From the NCBI GenBank assembly GCA_047495785.1, contig JBLDXI010000011.1, positions 1,054,001-1,118,000 of the forward strand: DNA of 64,000 bases, read 5' to 3'. Made by a program: the position numbers and the translations under genes. This document shows positions 37,948-49,530 of this stretch, in pieces; position 1 is the first letter of the stretch; the number at the start of each line of letters is the position of its first letter. The DNA is from Lepidodermella squamata. Taxonomy: Eukaryota > Animalia > Gastrotricha. A model generated the notes under the pieces. It ran no database searches and was not told where the DNA came from. It saw only the letters and a list, made by a program, of their open reading frames with translations.

Positions 37948-38899
37948 CTAGGAATTGTTTCCTGTGCATTTTTCGACTGTTAGTCCGTAGACACTGACAG
38001 TTGAGGTTGCCGGCACTGCGCTCGCTGGAGTAGAGCCGAGAGCCTGGCAACAGGCGCCGTAATTGGCAAAAGAATAGGTTGTGGGCGAAACCTTGATTGT
38101 CTGTTCAAAGTTTCCCGGTCATACAGAGCTGTATTGTAAATTGCATATTATGATCTTACCACACCGCTTGTTAGAAGGACGAACCACCAGCTGTATGCGG
38201 AGAACGGACGCAGTTGCCGGTCGTGGCCGTGGCAGATGTCCCAGTAACCAGATAGGGCGTCGAGGAAGCGGCACCGATGCAAACCGTTGCATAGGCTACC
38301 GGCGGGCCCGTGATAACAACTTGCTCGTATTTAATGTTAGCTGTAGTTGGAGTTGTCGCGGCACAGCATAGGGCAAAGGTAGTGTACGTGTTCGGGGTTG
38401 GTGTTACTTGCTGAAAAGCAATTGATAAGTCAAAGAGATGTCGCTATCAGGTTTTCCATACTGTTGCGCCAGTTAATTGGGTACAGGCTCCCGCGTTATC
38501 GATGCAGAATTTCAAATTCGTCTGGCTGGTACCCGACCCGCCTTGGGTCGTTATTTGGCAAAGATTGTAGACGGGCTAGATAATACGATTGAAATTAATG
38601 TTTCACAACAACGACATCCTGTTGGGGTAAGAGCTAGAACTAGACATCTAATCCGCCATGGCACAAATAATGAATGCGAAATAAATTACAGTTGTTAAGC
38701 AGCTTTTAGTGCTATCGGTACACGCCTGGGTTGAGGTAACGCATTGATTCGGTGATGAACAGCTTGAACTTGACGACGAACAGGACTGACCAGACGGGCA
38801 AGACGACGAGCCGGTCGGGCAAGGTGTCGAAGTCGATGCTGGGCATGCGTTTGCGGCTGCAATAACAGCTAAGAGAGCTGTGAATCGCGAGAGGATCAT
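37948..38899 (-). pseudogene. Array copy 6: same 7-bp exon-3 deletion as copy 2
   Basis: AAGGACGAACCACC at ~38175-38188, with the same linked GCGGAGAACGG variant as copy 2. Confidence 0.8.
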
Positions 38900-41333
38900 T
38901 TTATATTGAGAGCTACGTCAATTCCAATAACGATAGATTGAAGTTTAGAGGGTATACACTAGCGCTTTGAATAATATGGTGGTTTTAACAGCTAACACAT
39001 CCCGGCTGCGACTGATATATTCCAACCGGTATTGGACAGGACACGATGCATACTGCAAAGAAACCGAGCGATGCCTTATTTTATCCAAAGCAAATAGCTG
39101 TAAAGCGTCTTTCCTATTCTGAAATGAATATCCCCTGATTTGTAGCTGATAAATAGCCGCGGACTTTCCAGCTAGCAGTATCACGTTGTGACGATGCGAG
39201 TAGTGTTGACAGGATGGAATGTCCGCACGTTACTCAAGCGTCGCACTTTGTCCACCTCTTTGATAAATTTCGGTAAGAATTTCCTTTTTCTATGCAACTT
39301 TTCTCGATTGGCCAAAAACTTGCAACGTTAATGATGGCTTCGGTTACTGCTATGTGGGGGAAACGCTATGCTGATGATACTGTACCCAGTACGTCATTAG
39401 CGAAATCACCCAAGGTACTGGTGAAAGCTTTGGTCATATTCTTTCATCAATATAAAACTTTATTGATGGAACATGAAATGCGATTGATTCTATGATTGAA
39501 CATAAATATAAATTATCGCACTTTCGCTATATCGGGATTTCAGGAAATCGTAAAATTAAACTAAACTACGACATCGGGATAACCCTAGCCGAATCTTGAT
39601 TAAGGATCGCACATGATCGCGCATTATCTCAAATTGCATCGATGTGCGATTGACGAGACTATAAAAAAGATAGATACGCATGCAAGCAGAATGAATTAAT
39701 TTCTGCTGCAGAAATCGATGCTCATTCGCATCGAAATCTCTCCGCTTAAAAGCGTACAAAGCATACACTCTTTCACGGTTAGATTTTTGCCCTTCGGTCT
39801 ATTCACCGTACTACTTCACAGATATTAACAAGCTGGAGGCGGTTCAAGCCCGGTTCACTAAACGCCTTTTGTATAGAAGTGACTACTATTCATCGATTGA
39901 CGGTGCCTCGTATTATGAAAGATGTAAAAAACTAGGACTGTGTCCTCTTGAAATCAGACGCTTTCAACATGACCTTGCGCTATGCCATAAAATGTACCTA
40001 GGCTGTGTGGATGCTAGCTTTTCTACATTCTTCAAAATATCTTCAAATCCCCGTTCACCAGCTCATGCTGTTGTCATGAAACGATTTGAACATCCGAGCT
40101 CTCAGTTCAGCTTTACAAGGCGTGTGCGCGCAGCGTGGAACCGGCTGCCCTCAACTATTGTCAATAATTCTCATACTGTGTTTCTGCGATATCTTAAATC
40201 TAAGTCAGATGAACTAGTGGATTTTACGAACTCTGAGGTGAGGCGCCGAGAACTAACCTATTGCTAACTGTTGTGAAACAAAATGCATAATAAAATCAGA
40301 ATCAGAATCGGAATTATGACGTTTTAGCAGCAATTATTAATTGGATCCTGCTCCTCCCTTCAGTCGTAGTAGGAGCGCCGGGTGAAACCCAGAACTAGAA
40401 ATAACGTACATGTAAACGTTACCTCATTTATATCTGAAAAATTGTAAAATGATGTGTAGAATACGAACAAAATCGGGGGAAGTTGAAATAACATTGTGTG
40501 ACCACTTAAAAGTCCGATCCAATGCGCACGCTGATTGGTCAATCGATCGTTGCTATGACTCCCGGATGAAACGTTCTGCTGTGCGATGCTTAAGATTTTT
40601 TGCAACAAGTGTTTTTTGCCGCAGCAATTTGCCACGATTAATATGGAGTTTAAGGTCATTTTTTCATAAATATAAAATAATTTATTAGTGGATCGCACGA
40701 CGGAAATGTTTCATTCCGGAGTCATTAGCAACGATAAATTGACCAATCAGCGTGCGCGCCAAGGTTCAACTTACCAGTCGTTCCACAATGTAAGGAAAAG
40801 GATGTAGTTGTTTGTTCTGAAGATTTAACCGTGATATCGGATCAATTTTCCATTGCATCCAAAGCGTTTGTGCAGAGTGCGCACTGTGGCAGGTTTTGCT
40901 TCCGCAATAATCATGCTAGTACCGTCAATAAAAGTAGCTTGAACCGGTTCGAAGTATATCATTTGAAACAGCATACAAGTACTGCCAAGAATGTTCATTA
41001 CGCCGCAACTCGATATTTTGCGATATTTTAACCTACGACGCTATGAAGCTATTAACCTGCAAAGCCGAAGTTTCCAAAATGTTTAAATTTATCCGGCGTT
41101 ACATTATTCAAAATATTTTTATTTAGCAATAGAAACTAGAAACTGTCAAAATAGCTTTAATTTTATTGAGTCGGACTGCACGTTCAGGCTCACAGCAATC
41201 TTTGTCTGCTTGATGAGTAGACTTTCGTGGACCAAGCAGTCCAACCTGTTGCGGCACTTGCGTAATACTTTGAAGTGAGCATTGATGTCAAAGCTATCAG
41301 GCAGTTTGTGTGTGGCCAGATGTTTGCCAATTG

Positions 41334-42819
41334 GTGACATTCTTCCAAAGGCCTTGGCAGAACAAGTAAGGAGCAAAGGTGCTAGGCTAGCTCACCTCCG
41401 CGGGCTCCCGAAGATTCACAAGAATCCAACTGCTATGAGACCGATCTTGTCGGCGACTGGCACCTACAACTTCAAATTGGCTACATGGCTGGATCAACTT
41501 CTCAAGCCACTCGCTTCGAATGACAGGATGATACCAGATATCCTGAATTTCATCGAGAAAGAAGTGAACGGTTTGAAACTGAATCCTGGAGAAATTCTGG
41601 TCTCGTACGACGTGACTTCACTCTTCACGAACGTTCCGGTTGCCGAAACCATCGATTATCTCGTGGACAAAGCCTTCAGAGGCGGATGGCTCAACCGAAA
41701 ATATAAACTCAAGCTGACTAAGGACAACCTGCGAACGTTGCTAAATCTAGCAGTCAAGTACCAGCTGTTCATTTACAATGGTTCTTTATACATCCAAGTC
41801 GAAGGCGTCGCGATGGGCTCGCCACTTGGACCACTAATGGCCAATGCCTTCATGAGCATGCTGGAAGAACGCCTGAGCAAGAGCAAACAACTGCCCGCTT
41901 TCTATCGTCGGTTTGTTGACGATACTCTGACTATCATGAAAGGCGTAACTGCAGCGAATCATTTCCTTGAAGTACTCAACGGTCTTCATCCGTCGGTGAA
42001 ATTCACCATGGAAATTGAACAGAACAACCAGATCGCTTTCTGCGGTGCCCTCGTGAAGACAATTGGGTCGGTTCTGAAGACTGAGGTGTACCACAAACTA
42101 ACGGACACCGGGCTGTTGATGCACTTTCAGAGTCACACAGACACCAAGTATAAGACGTGCCTCATCAAGACCATGCTGTATCGCGCCTACCGGCTTACAG
42201 TGAATGGCTCGGATTCAGCAGGGAAGTTGATCATCTGCGTAAAACATTTTTGAATCTTCAATACCCTTTAGCCATGTTTGAGAAGCTGTTGGCATCATTT
42301 GTTGACAAAGTCTACCCCAATGGTATAAAAACTGAGGAAACGAAGATCGAACCTGTACGCTTTGTATTACCCTACAAAGACGGGAAAAGTGCTCGACAAG
42401 TCAAGATGAGGCTCAACGATCTTTCTGGAAAACTCCGAGTGGCTGTTCAGGCCATGTTCACAAGCCGGAAAATCAACGAAAATTTCGGAGCGAAGGAGAT
42501 CAAGCCCGAACTCGTAAGCCGCCAGTGCGTCGTATATCGTTTTTCATGTGGCCAGTGTGACGCTGGCTATGTCGGGATGACCACGCGGCACCTACATCAA
42601 CGAGTCGAGGAACACAAGCTCGCTTCGAGTTCAATTGGCAAACATCTGGCCACACACAAACTGCCTGATAGCTTTGACATCAATGCTCACTTCAAAGTAT
42701 TACGCAAGTGCCGCAACAGGTGGGACTGCTTGGTCCACGAAAGTCTACTCATCAAGCAGACAAAGATTGCTGTGAGCCTGAACGTGCAGTCCGACTCAAT
42801 AAAATTAAAGCTATTTTGA
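41334..42819 (+). pseudogene. PLE reverse transcriptase-GIY-YIG polyprotein, 5'-truncated, with one frameshift near 42190-42200
   Basis: ORFs 41282-42253 and 42157-42819 overlap; the homology switches frame after MLYRAYRL. Confidence 0.9.
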
Positions 42820-42908
42820 CAGTTTCTAGTTTCTATTTTCATCCTGATACCTTGTTGTGCTTTCGTCTTTTACTGTAATAATTTCTTGTTGTGTTTTCTT
42901 TTGTTGTA

Positions 42909-42946
42909 GGCCTGATGATGGTCCACGCAAGGACCGAAACGTTGCC
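42909..42946 (+). ncRNA. Minimal type I hammerhead ribozyme motif in the PLE 3' repeat (pLTR)
   Basis: GGC-CUGAUGA-U-GGUCC(acgcaa)GGACC-GAAA-CGUU-GCC: conserved core, 5-bp stem II, palindromic ACGU in place of stem III and a 3-bp stem I. AATAAA follows within 10 nt. Confidence 0.8.
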
Positions 42947-43222
42947 CGTTATAAATAAAGTTGTAATCAGAAGCAACTAGGTGTCGCTTTCTTTTTTGGT
43001 TAATCTGTACCCGACTCGGGTTTTCATTTCCTCACTTCAACAAATCAATGTAACATATTTCCTGTTTAACAACGGAATGCGACAATTTTTGTAATCAAAT
43101 GATAAGATGGGCAAAGGCTTCGTCACAAAAAGCATATTTGCATTCGATCTTATCATTTGTTCGTTTTAAAGACTATTCTTAGCATTAACGGCTGTTTTAG
43201 GTCACATTTTGAATGATTAGCA

Positions 43223-43486
43223 CTAGGAATTGTTTCCTGTGCATTTTTCGACTGTTAGTCCGTAGACACTGACAGTTGAGGTTGCCGGCACCGCGCTCGC
43301 TGGAGTAGAGCCGAGAGCCTGGCAACAGGCGCCGTAATTGGCAAAAGAATAGGTTGTGGGCGAAACCTTGATTGTCTGTTCAAAGTTTCCCGGTCATACA
43401 GAGCTGTATTGTAAATTGCATATTATGATCTTACCACACCGCTTGTTAGAAGGACGTCAGATGAACCACCAGCTGTATGCGGAAAA
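43223..43486 (-). pseudogene. 3' fragment of the secreted-protein gene (exon 4 and end of exon 3); right edge of the array
   Basis: Homology stops abruptly at CTGTATGCGGAAAA|GAGTGAAG. Confidence 0.85.
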
Positions 43487-43707
43487 GAGTGAAGCAGTGA
43501 AGCCAGAAATTTCAACGCAGATTACTGATCTATAGAGTAATCACGCGTTATCTTATGCTTTAAAGTGCGTTTAAATTCACAGAAAGCGTTCACACTACAC
43601 TGTTTCAATTCACTTCAACGAGCACGCGACCATTTTTTGCTCATTTCACTTCACTTTCCCGTAGTGTGAAAAAGCCTAAATTGTTTCAAATTTCAATTTA
43701 ACAACTG

Positions 43708-44010
43708 CCATTGTGTTTGAGGTTTTAAGTTGAAAAAAATCTGCACGCTGATTGGTCAGTTGGCTCGTATCCATGACTCCGCCTTGCTACTTGATCGTGC
43801 GATCTATATAATTTGTGGCTTTTATTATTTTTATGAAGGCCTTATCGTAGCACGCGTTTCCAACAAATGCGTAAAACCATTAATAAAAAGATATTTTTTG
43901 CAAACATTTTATGAATCACACGATCAAGTAGCAAGGCGGAGTCATGGATACGAGCCAACTGACCAATCAGCGTGCAGATTTTTTTTAACTTAAAACCTCA
44001 AACACAATGG
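43708..44010. mobile_element. MITE with ~92-bp near-perfect TIRs
   Basis: CCATTGTGTTTGAGG...CTACTTGATCGTG (43708-43799) and its reverse complement (43919-44010). Confidence 0.85.
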
Positions 44011-44048
44011 CGCAGCTTGATAAACCTTGATCAACCTTAATAAACCTT

Positions 44049-44925
44049 GGGTGCGTTTCTTTATCTCCAACCCTGGCGAAAAAAACATCTAAAAAGGCTA
44101 TTATTGAGAGAATTTCAGGGATTTTTAACTGACAAATAATAGCTCATAAAGCTATTGCTTATTGCACCTCTATAATGAGCCTCAATTGGCCATCGCGGAA
44201 AACTAAAGTTTTGAGCTCTATTATAGCATATTTTAATGTAATGGAAGGCGCGCTATGCACTCTGCGTAATTGAGTTAAGGTAATTATTTCTTAATTGCAA
44301 GTGCCAGGCACCACCGTCACCGTGGCCTGGCCGACTGGTCGGGGCCCGCCAGGGTGCCCTTGGGGCAGCCGACCAGCAGCGGCTAATGCGACTCGTGGCA
44401 AATGTGACTTTTTAATAAATAGCAATAAATTACACAAGTCAGTTTTGAAACTTGATCGGGTCAAGAAGTGAAATTTATGCATTCGTGTTTTCTCATTTGC
44501 ATATGCACAGCGTCCTCGCGGCCACAAAATCATGAAATTTCAACATGTCTGTAATAATCAATTTTGGAGACTCGTGTAGAAGACGGTCTTCGAACCTATT
44601 ATTGACTTCTGAACAAACTCTTCTATATGATTTTTCACGGTATCTATTATTGATATAATATGAGAGTTAGCCTCTAACGCTCGCCGTCACGGTCTAATTT
44701 AAAGAAGAAATTTTCACTAGGGAGCAGTGATGACATTATTAACAAAACAAGCCATAAACAGACCATTTCTTTATTTTTATTGAAATGATCAGTTCAACAA
44801 AATTTTATTTCTTCATTATGATTATTGTTGGAGCTACTATAATAATCAGCTAGCGTTTCATTCATTAAACATGCTCAAAATTATCAATAACTCGTCGAGT
44901 CGTTTTTGGAGCGATTCTTTCTAAT
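44049..44925. mobile_element. Partial copy of the Harbinger-like MITE seen at 60356-61691, with a nested CCCTGG..CTAGGG-bounded insertion (44071-44722)
   Basis: GGGTGCGTTTCTTTATCTCCAAC and 44735-44925 are the reverse complement of ~61463-61691. Confidence 0.55.
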
Positions 44926-45352
44926 GGTGCTTTCACAAATGCGTCCGACGGGGAAAACTTCGGCTAGCAACTCACAAACTTCGGTAGAGTGAAGCGAAAC
45001 GCCGGAGAGCGTTATCAGTGGCACTTCGGACACGCGCGCGCGGTCGGGCGGCCGAAGTCTCTATTGTTTAGTCGCCGAAATGAAAATTTTCACGATTTTC
45101 ACAATTTTCGATTGAAATTGAGCTGACACATTTTCAATTTTTTTCTTCTAGAAGCCGGCGTTTACTTGTCGGTTTTCGACCGAAAGTCGTCATTTTCTGA
45201 CGAAAACCAAGGACTCAAAACAGCAACGGCGCACTAGCGGACACGTGTAATAAAATGAAAATGAGGCTCAAACCTCACGCTTACACACCAACGTCTCATT
45301 CACACACAGTCAGGCACGCACACACAAACGCTTTTTTGTTTTAAAATTCGCT

Positions 45353-47900
45353 ATGCCGAAAAAGGATAAGCCGGATTCTGATAACCGGAAATCTATTAGA
45401 GCCGCTATTTCTGTGCACCAGGAATCAAGGAAAAAGAGTTCAAATCCTACTGATCTTCCGAAATTTGTAATACCGAGTCAAAGGCATCTCGATAATTTCT
45501 TCAAAAAATCTGACACATCTACCAGTATGCTTTTGTATTATTTTATTATTTTTCAATTTTCTGATGCATTATTTTTTTGATTTTTTTATTTTTTCAGAAA
45601 AATTTGAGGCAGTCGCTCAAGGCGATACTGCATCTTCGGCTCTACCGATAAATGACGACATTCACGACGGGCCCACGCCTCAATTTCTTTTAATTTTTAA
45701 TATTTTCTCATTTTGTATTTTTAGTTTTTGACGAACAGGAAACAGCAGATCACGGGAACTCTGAAGTCACGGTGTCGATTCTGACTCAGGTGAATTTCCA
45801 CCGTGTTTTATATTGAATCTAGTTCATTTTTTCTTACAATTTTGCAGAATTGGGAATGGACGAGGTGATGGAGCTACTTGCTGGGATGGATGATGATTTG
45901 CCGGACGACGAACTCCTAGGTACAAAACCTGTTATTATTAGCAATCAAAATAATGTCGGAATTAATTTTTAATTTAATGTAATTAATTTTAGTTTATTTT
46001 CCCATCTGAATTATTATATCAAATTTAAAAATTTTGCATTTAAATAATCATTTAAAAAATTTAATTCTATTTACACATTAAATTATAATAATCTGTCAGT
46101 TAAATCATTAGTTTATTTCCGCCTCAAATTTCCAAGAAAGGGAATAAAATATTCTGCAAAATTCTTTAAAAATGAGTGGAATCGCTAGAATAATTTGATA
46201 TTTTTAAAAATCTAATAAAGAAAAATCTAATTTTAGCACAGATTGTGCACAGATTGAGCACAGATTGAGCACGGATTGAGCACGGATTGAGCACTTTAAG
46301 CACAAGTTGTGCAATTGAGCAAAAATGCTCAACGGAGAGATATTATTATTTCTGGCTTCGATAGCAACTCAGGTACCCGTTTGGACCCAGCATGGTCAGT
46401 GAATGGCTTACTTGCTTCGCGTAAAAAATTGTGGGAGAAAGTTAAAGATCACTGTGCTTCGAATTGCCACAAGAACTCAGTTGAGGTTCGTTCGCTTCAT
46501 CAACAAGGTCGCCATGTGAGTATCCTAATTCACGGATTTATTCAAGCTCGAAAAACTAAATAGCTGTAACTTTTATTCGTATAACTTTTATTATATTCAG
46601 GCGCGACTCTGAAGGAGACTTATCGTCGTCTAATTTTGCTTCATTGCTTGGCTCATCGGCTGGAGCTGGTAGTTGGTAGCGCCGTTAAGAATAGCAAAGC
46701 TATGTCGTTTTTCAAATCCGCCGTTTCAGATTTGTACAATCTGTATTCGAACTCGCCAAAATTGATCGCTGAGCTTGAGAAAAAAGCCGAATCGATTGCC
46801 CTGAGTCGATAAAGACGGTATTCGACGTTAGGTGGGCGTTTTCGTCACTGAAAGCGGTCGAGGCGTTGATTAACAATTTGCCAGTCTTGGTGTTGCATCT
46901 TGAAGAAATGAAGAAACGCGCATAATCTGCTGTAAAGCACTCGAAATCGTCTTCCAAAAGTGGACAGGCGAAACGTAAATCCCTTGATCTGATCAAAAGT
47001 TTGCTGAAAAACCTAACCGATTATCGTTTTTTGGCTGAACTGTGTCTGCTTTTCGACTGTTTGCTCGAAATAACTGAGCTTTCCCTCTATTTCCAATCCG
47101 AGAGCGCAATACCTTCTGATACTTGGCATACGAGCGAAGTCCTTGAGCTTTATAAGGATGAAGACGGTTCATATTTGTCGCAATTTCACAAAGCCATAGA
47201 CGCCGACGGTGAGTACAAAGGTGTTTTGGTTGGAAATTCAAGCGAAGATGATCGCACGGCCTTCGAGCTTACGAGGAAAGCTTTCCTTTCGAGTTTGGTG
47301 GAAGGCTTCATGAGCCGATTTTCGCCTTCAAAAGATGTACTGTATGCTTCAAGTCTTTTGCGAGTCCAAGCGTGGCCCAAAGAAGATTTACCTCGACTTC
47401 GTATTTTCGGCGACACGGAGGTTCGCGATCTTGCCAACAAATTTGAACTGAACGAAGTCCTGACAGTGCGTGACTTCCGAGCTTATAAGTTGTCTTTTTG
47501 GGATGAAGCAATGGGCGGCTTCAACAAAGATTCGAAACCTGTTATCGGCCCGCATTTGGCCCTTCTATTTCAGAAGCTATCTGTGGTACCTATATCAAGT
47601 GCGGAGTGTGAACGAGGGTTCAGCTGCATGAACCTCGTATGGAATGACGGCCGAAGCCGCCTTAAGATGAAGACTGTTGAAGGTACTTTTGCTGCCGCTA
47701 ATCTTACACACCTTTCACGTTTGCTATTTCCAGCGTTGCTGTTTATTAAAATAAACGGTCCGGCGCCTGAAAACTTCAACGCCTCTAAATACTTAGCTTC
47801 TTGGCTCAAATCGCACCAAAGCGCCAGGAAGAAAAATCGGAAAAGCAATGGCGCGAATAAAACGGACAAAGAGATGGCCAAAATGGCAGTTTTTGGCTGA
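45353..47900 (+). pseudogene. Degraded, spliced hAT transposase (ZNF862/KIAA1586-like)
   Basis: KDHCASNCH, HCLAHRLELVV (~46642-46675), DVRWAFSSLKAV, ITELSLYFQ and the hATC motif VPISSAECERGFSCMN. Stops and frameshifts present. Confidence 0.85.
46235..46294. repeat. 11-bp minisatellite (GCACAGATTGA) x ~5
   Basis: agcacagattgtgcacagattgagcacagattgagcacggattgagcacggattgagcac. Confidence 0.85.
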
Positions 47901-48828
47901 CTAACTCCTTTGATGATCTGATTTGCAAGTTGTGAAGTATTGCCGTTTTGATGCCTCAGAGAGGAGTTTAATTGTTCGGCATATAGGATTGCAGTAAAAC
48001 CCAATGAAACGAAACGAAAAACTTGGTTGTTTTGTCCTTCCCTTAATCAGAACATTAGGTCGAATTGTAAGCGTTCGCGAGCGAAATTTTTTTGCCCATT
48101 TTCCCATCCCTGGCAGCTCCGGGATCGAAGATCGCACACTGTGCGCAAATATTTAAATGTTAATCTGGGAGCTCCAAACGCGCTGCACGAAACTAAGCGG
48201 GCTTCGGAATTGAGCCACAGGAACACTTTACCACAGGAATTCTTTCGAAAGAACATTCACGCTTGAATACTTTGAGCCATCACCTAATTGCATTAAAGGT
48301 TGAGAAGTAGCAGCTCGAAATGAGATTCTTAGGGTTGACTAAGACCACAATTTTCAAATCATTCGGTTGCTCAAAATGCCGTACTCAGACAGTAAATATT
48401 TGTAAAATCAGGGTTCCGACTAGGTCCAGCTCTGAGGGGGGTAAATCGAGCATTTTGAGGCCAAAATTTGCAAATTGACCTACGGGACCGTTACGTTTTT
48501 CAAGTAATTCACTTTTGTTTACCATCAACGTCAAGCAATATTAAGTATAACAATAGCTACGTTGAGACGGGTATCTATTGTACTGTTAAAAAGGCTCTCT
48601 ATTAGACAAAACACGCATTTGTGCTGTTTCTCAATTCTCTGAGTGGTTCTACATGTGTACTTGGAAATAATTTCTCTTTAATCTCCAAGTTGCAACACAA
48701 TAGAACAAACGGTATTTTCGAAATATAAAACTTGATAAAGTTAGGTCTCAAATAATTAATCAAGTAATTAACTTCGATGAAACACGTGTGTCCTATAGAA
48801 CACGGTTTGGGAAAAGCTGGTTTAACAG

Positions 48829-49278
48829 CATTCTCATTCTCATTCTTATTCTCATTTTTATTGCAAATTGTTTTTCAACAGTTAGCAAATAGTTAAGTTT
48901 AGTTTAGCAGAAAGTTGTTTCTTGGCGCCTCACCACAGAAGTCACGTAGTTCACCAATGAAGGCGAATTAAATTTTATATGTTTGCAAAAAGCACTGTGA
49001 GAGTTGTTAACCACGCAAGACGGCAGACGGTTCCACGCAGCACGCACGCGCCTGGAAAAGCTGAATTTATAGTTCAGGTTATTTCTAACCGCTTTCATCG
49101 TCACAGAACGAGGAGGAAGGCGAGAGTTTCGGGAGATTATAAAAAAGTCAGAGAAATTTATATCAATACAACCCTGATACATTTTATGCATTAGAATGTG
49201 GTCATGTTGGAAGCGGCGAACCTCAAGCGTCGTTAAGCCCAATTTCTGTAGACGTTCCTCATAAGATGCACCCTCGAC
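48829..49278 (-). mobile_element. CR1-type LINE 3' fragment with (GAATGA)n tail
   Basis: GASYEERLQKLGLTTLEVRRFQHD...FSFSRRVRAAWNRLP...VRRQETTFC*, followed by AATAAA and a microsatellite tail. Visibly homologous to the array CR1 fragment. Confidence 0.85.
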
Positions 49279-49488
49279 CGTTTCGTTTCGTTTACCTCCT
49301 CTCTTACCGACTTGTTGAGGTCTTGACGAGCTGGATGCAAACTTGCGGCAACCGGTTGCCGTTGGCTGAACTCTTATTCTACCGGCCACTCGATTTTCAT
49401 GGTGTTTTGACGCACACTTTGCAAAGGAAGATTCTAGGACCTGCAATAGGAGGCAAGCAGAGTTTTGGTCTGGTCTTTCTAAAGTATA

Positions 49489-49530
49489 CCAAACCTATAC
49501 CTATACCTATACCTATACCAATACCAATAC
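49489..49530. repeat. (CTATAC/CAATAC)n microsatellite
   Basis: cctatacctatacctatacctataccaataccaatac. Confidence 0.85.

Larger units (their letters stand above)
41128..43035 (+). mobile_element. Penelope-like retroelement (PLE), 5'-truncated, with an inverted copy of its 3' region at the 5' end
   Basis: RT motifs GLPKIHK, YDVTSLFTNVP, GVAMGSPLGP, RFVDDT and VYHKLTDT; GIY-YIG endonuclease VVYRFSCGQCDAGYVGMTTRHLHQRVEEH. 41128-41333 is the reverse complement of 42632-42837 (1 mismatch seen). Confidence 0.95.
19187..43486. repeat. Tandem segmental array, unit 3383 bp (3376 bp in two units); 6 full gene-containing units plus truncated ends
   Basis: Identical ORF-track entries recur at +3376/+3383. 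The first unit has a 1593-bp deletion (junction at ~20048). The last unit carries a Penelope insertion and stops at 43486. Confidence 0.97.

Noticed and set aside
19707-41031. Many recurring 60-112-aa ORFs in the track (e.g. MVLLAEKQ, MGTGSRVI, MRSTNKLF, MILLAGKS, MQLFSIG)
   Set aside because: They are antisense or shadow frames of the real gene, or chance ORFs in spacer and MITE DNA. They recur only because the DNA is duplicated.
41146-41376. Separate minus-strand 76-aa gene
   Set aside because: It is the inverted duplicate of the PLE endonuclease C-terminus.
19187-43486. Array as a pure assembly artefact
   Set aside because: The units carry distinct, recombining variant combinations, a unit-specific PLE insertion and a unit-specific deletion. 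Read-level confirmation is still needed.
45016-48112. CAGTGG... / ...CCCTG as TIRs of the hAT transposase remnant
   Set aside because: Only a few terminal bases match and there is no 8-bp TSD, so boundaries were not called.
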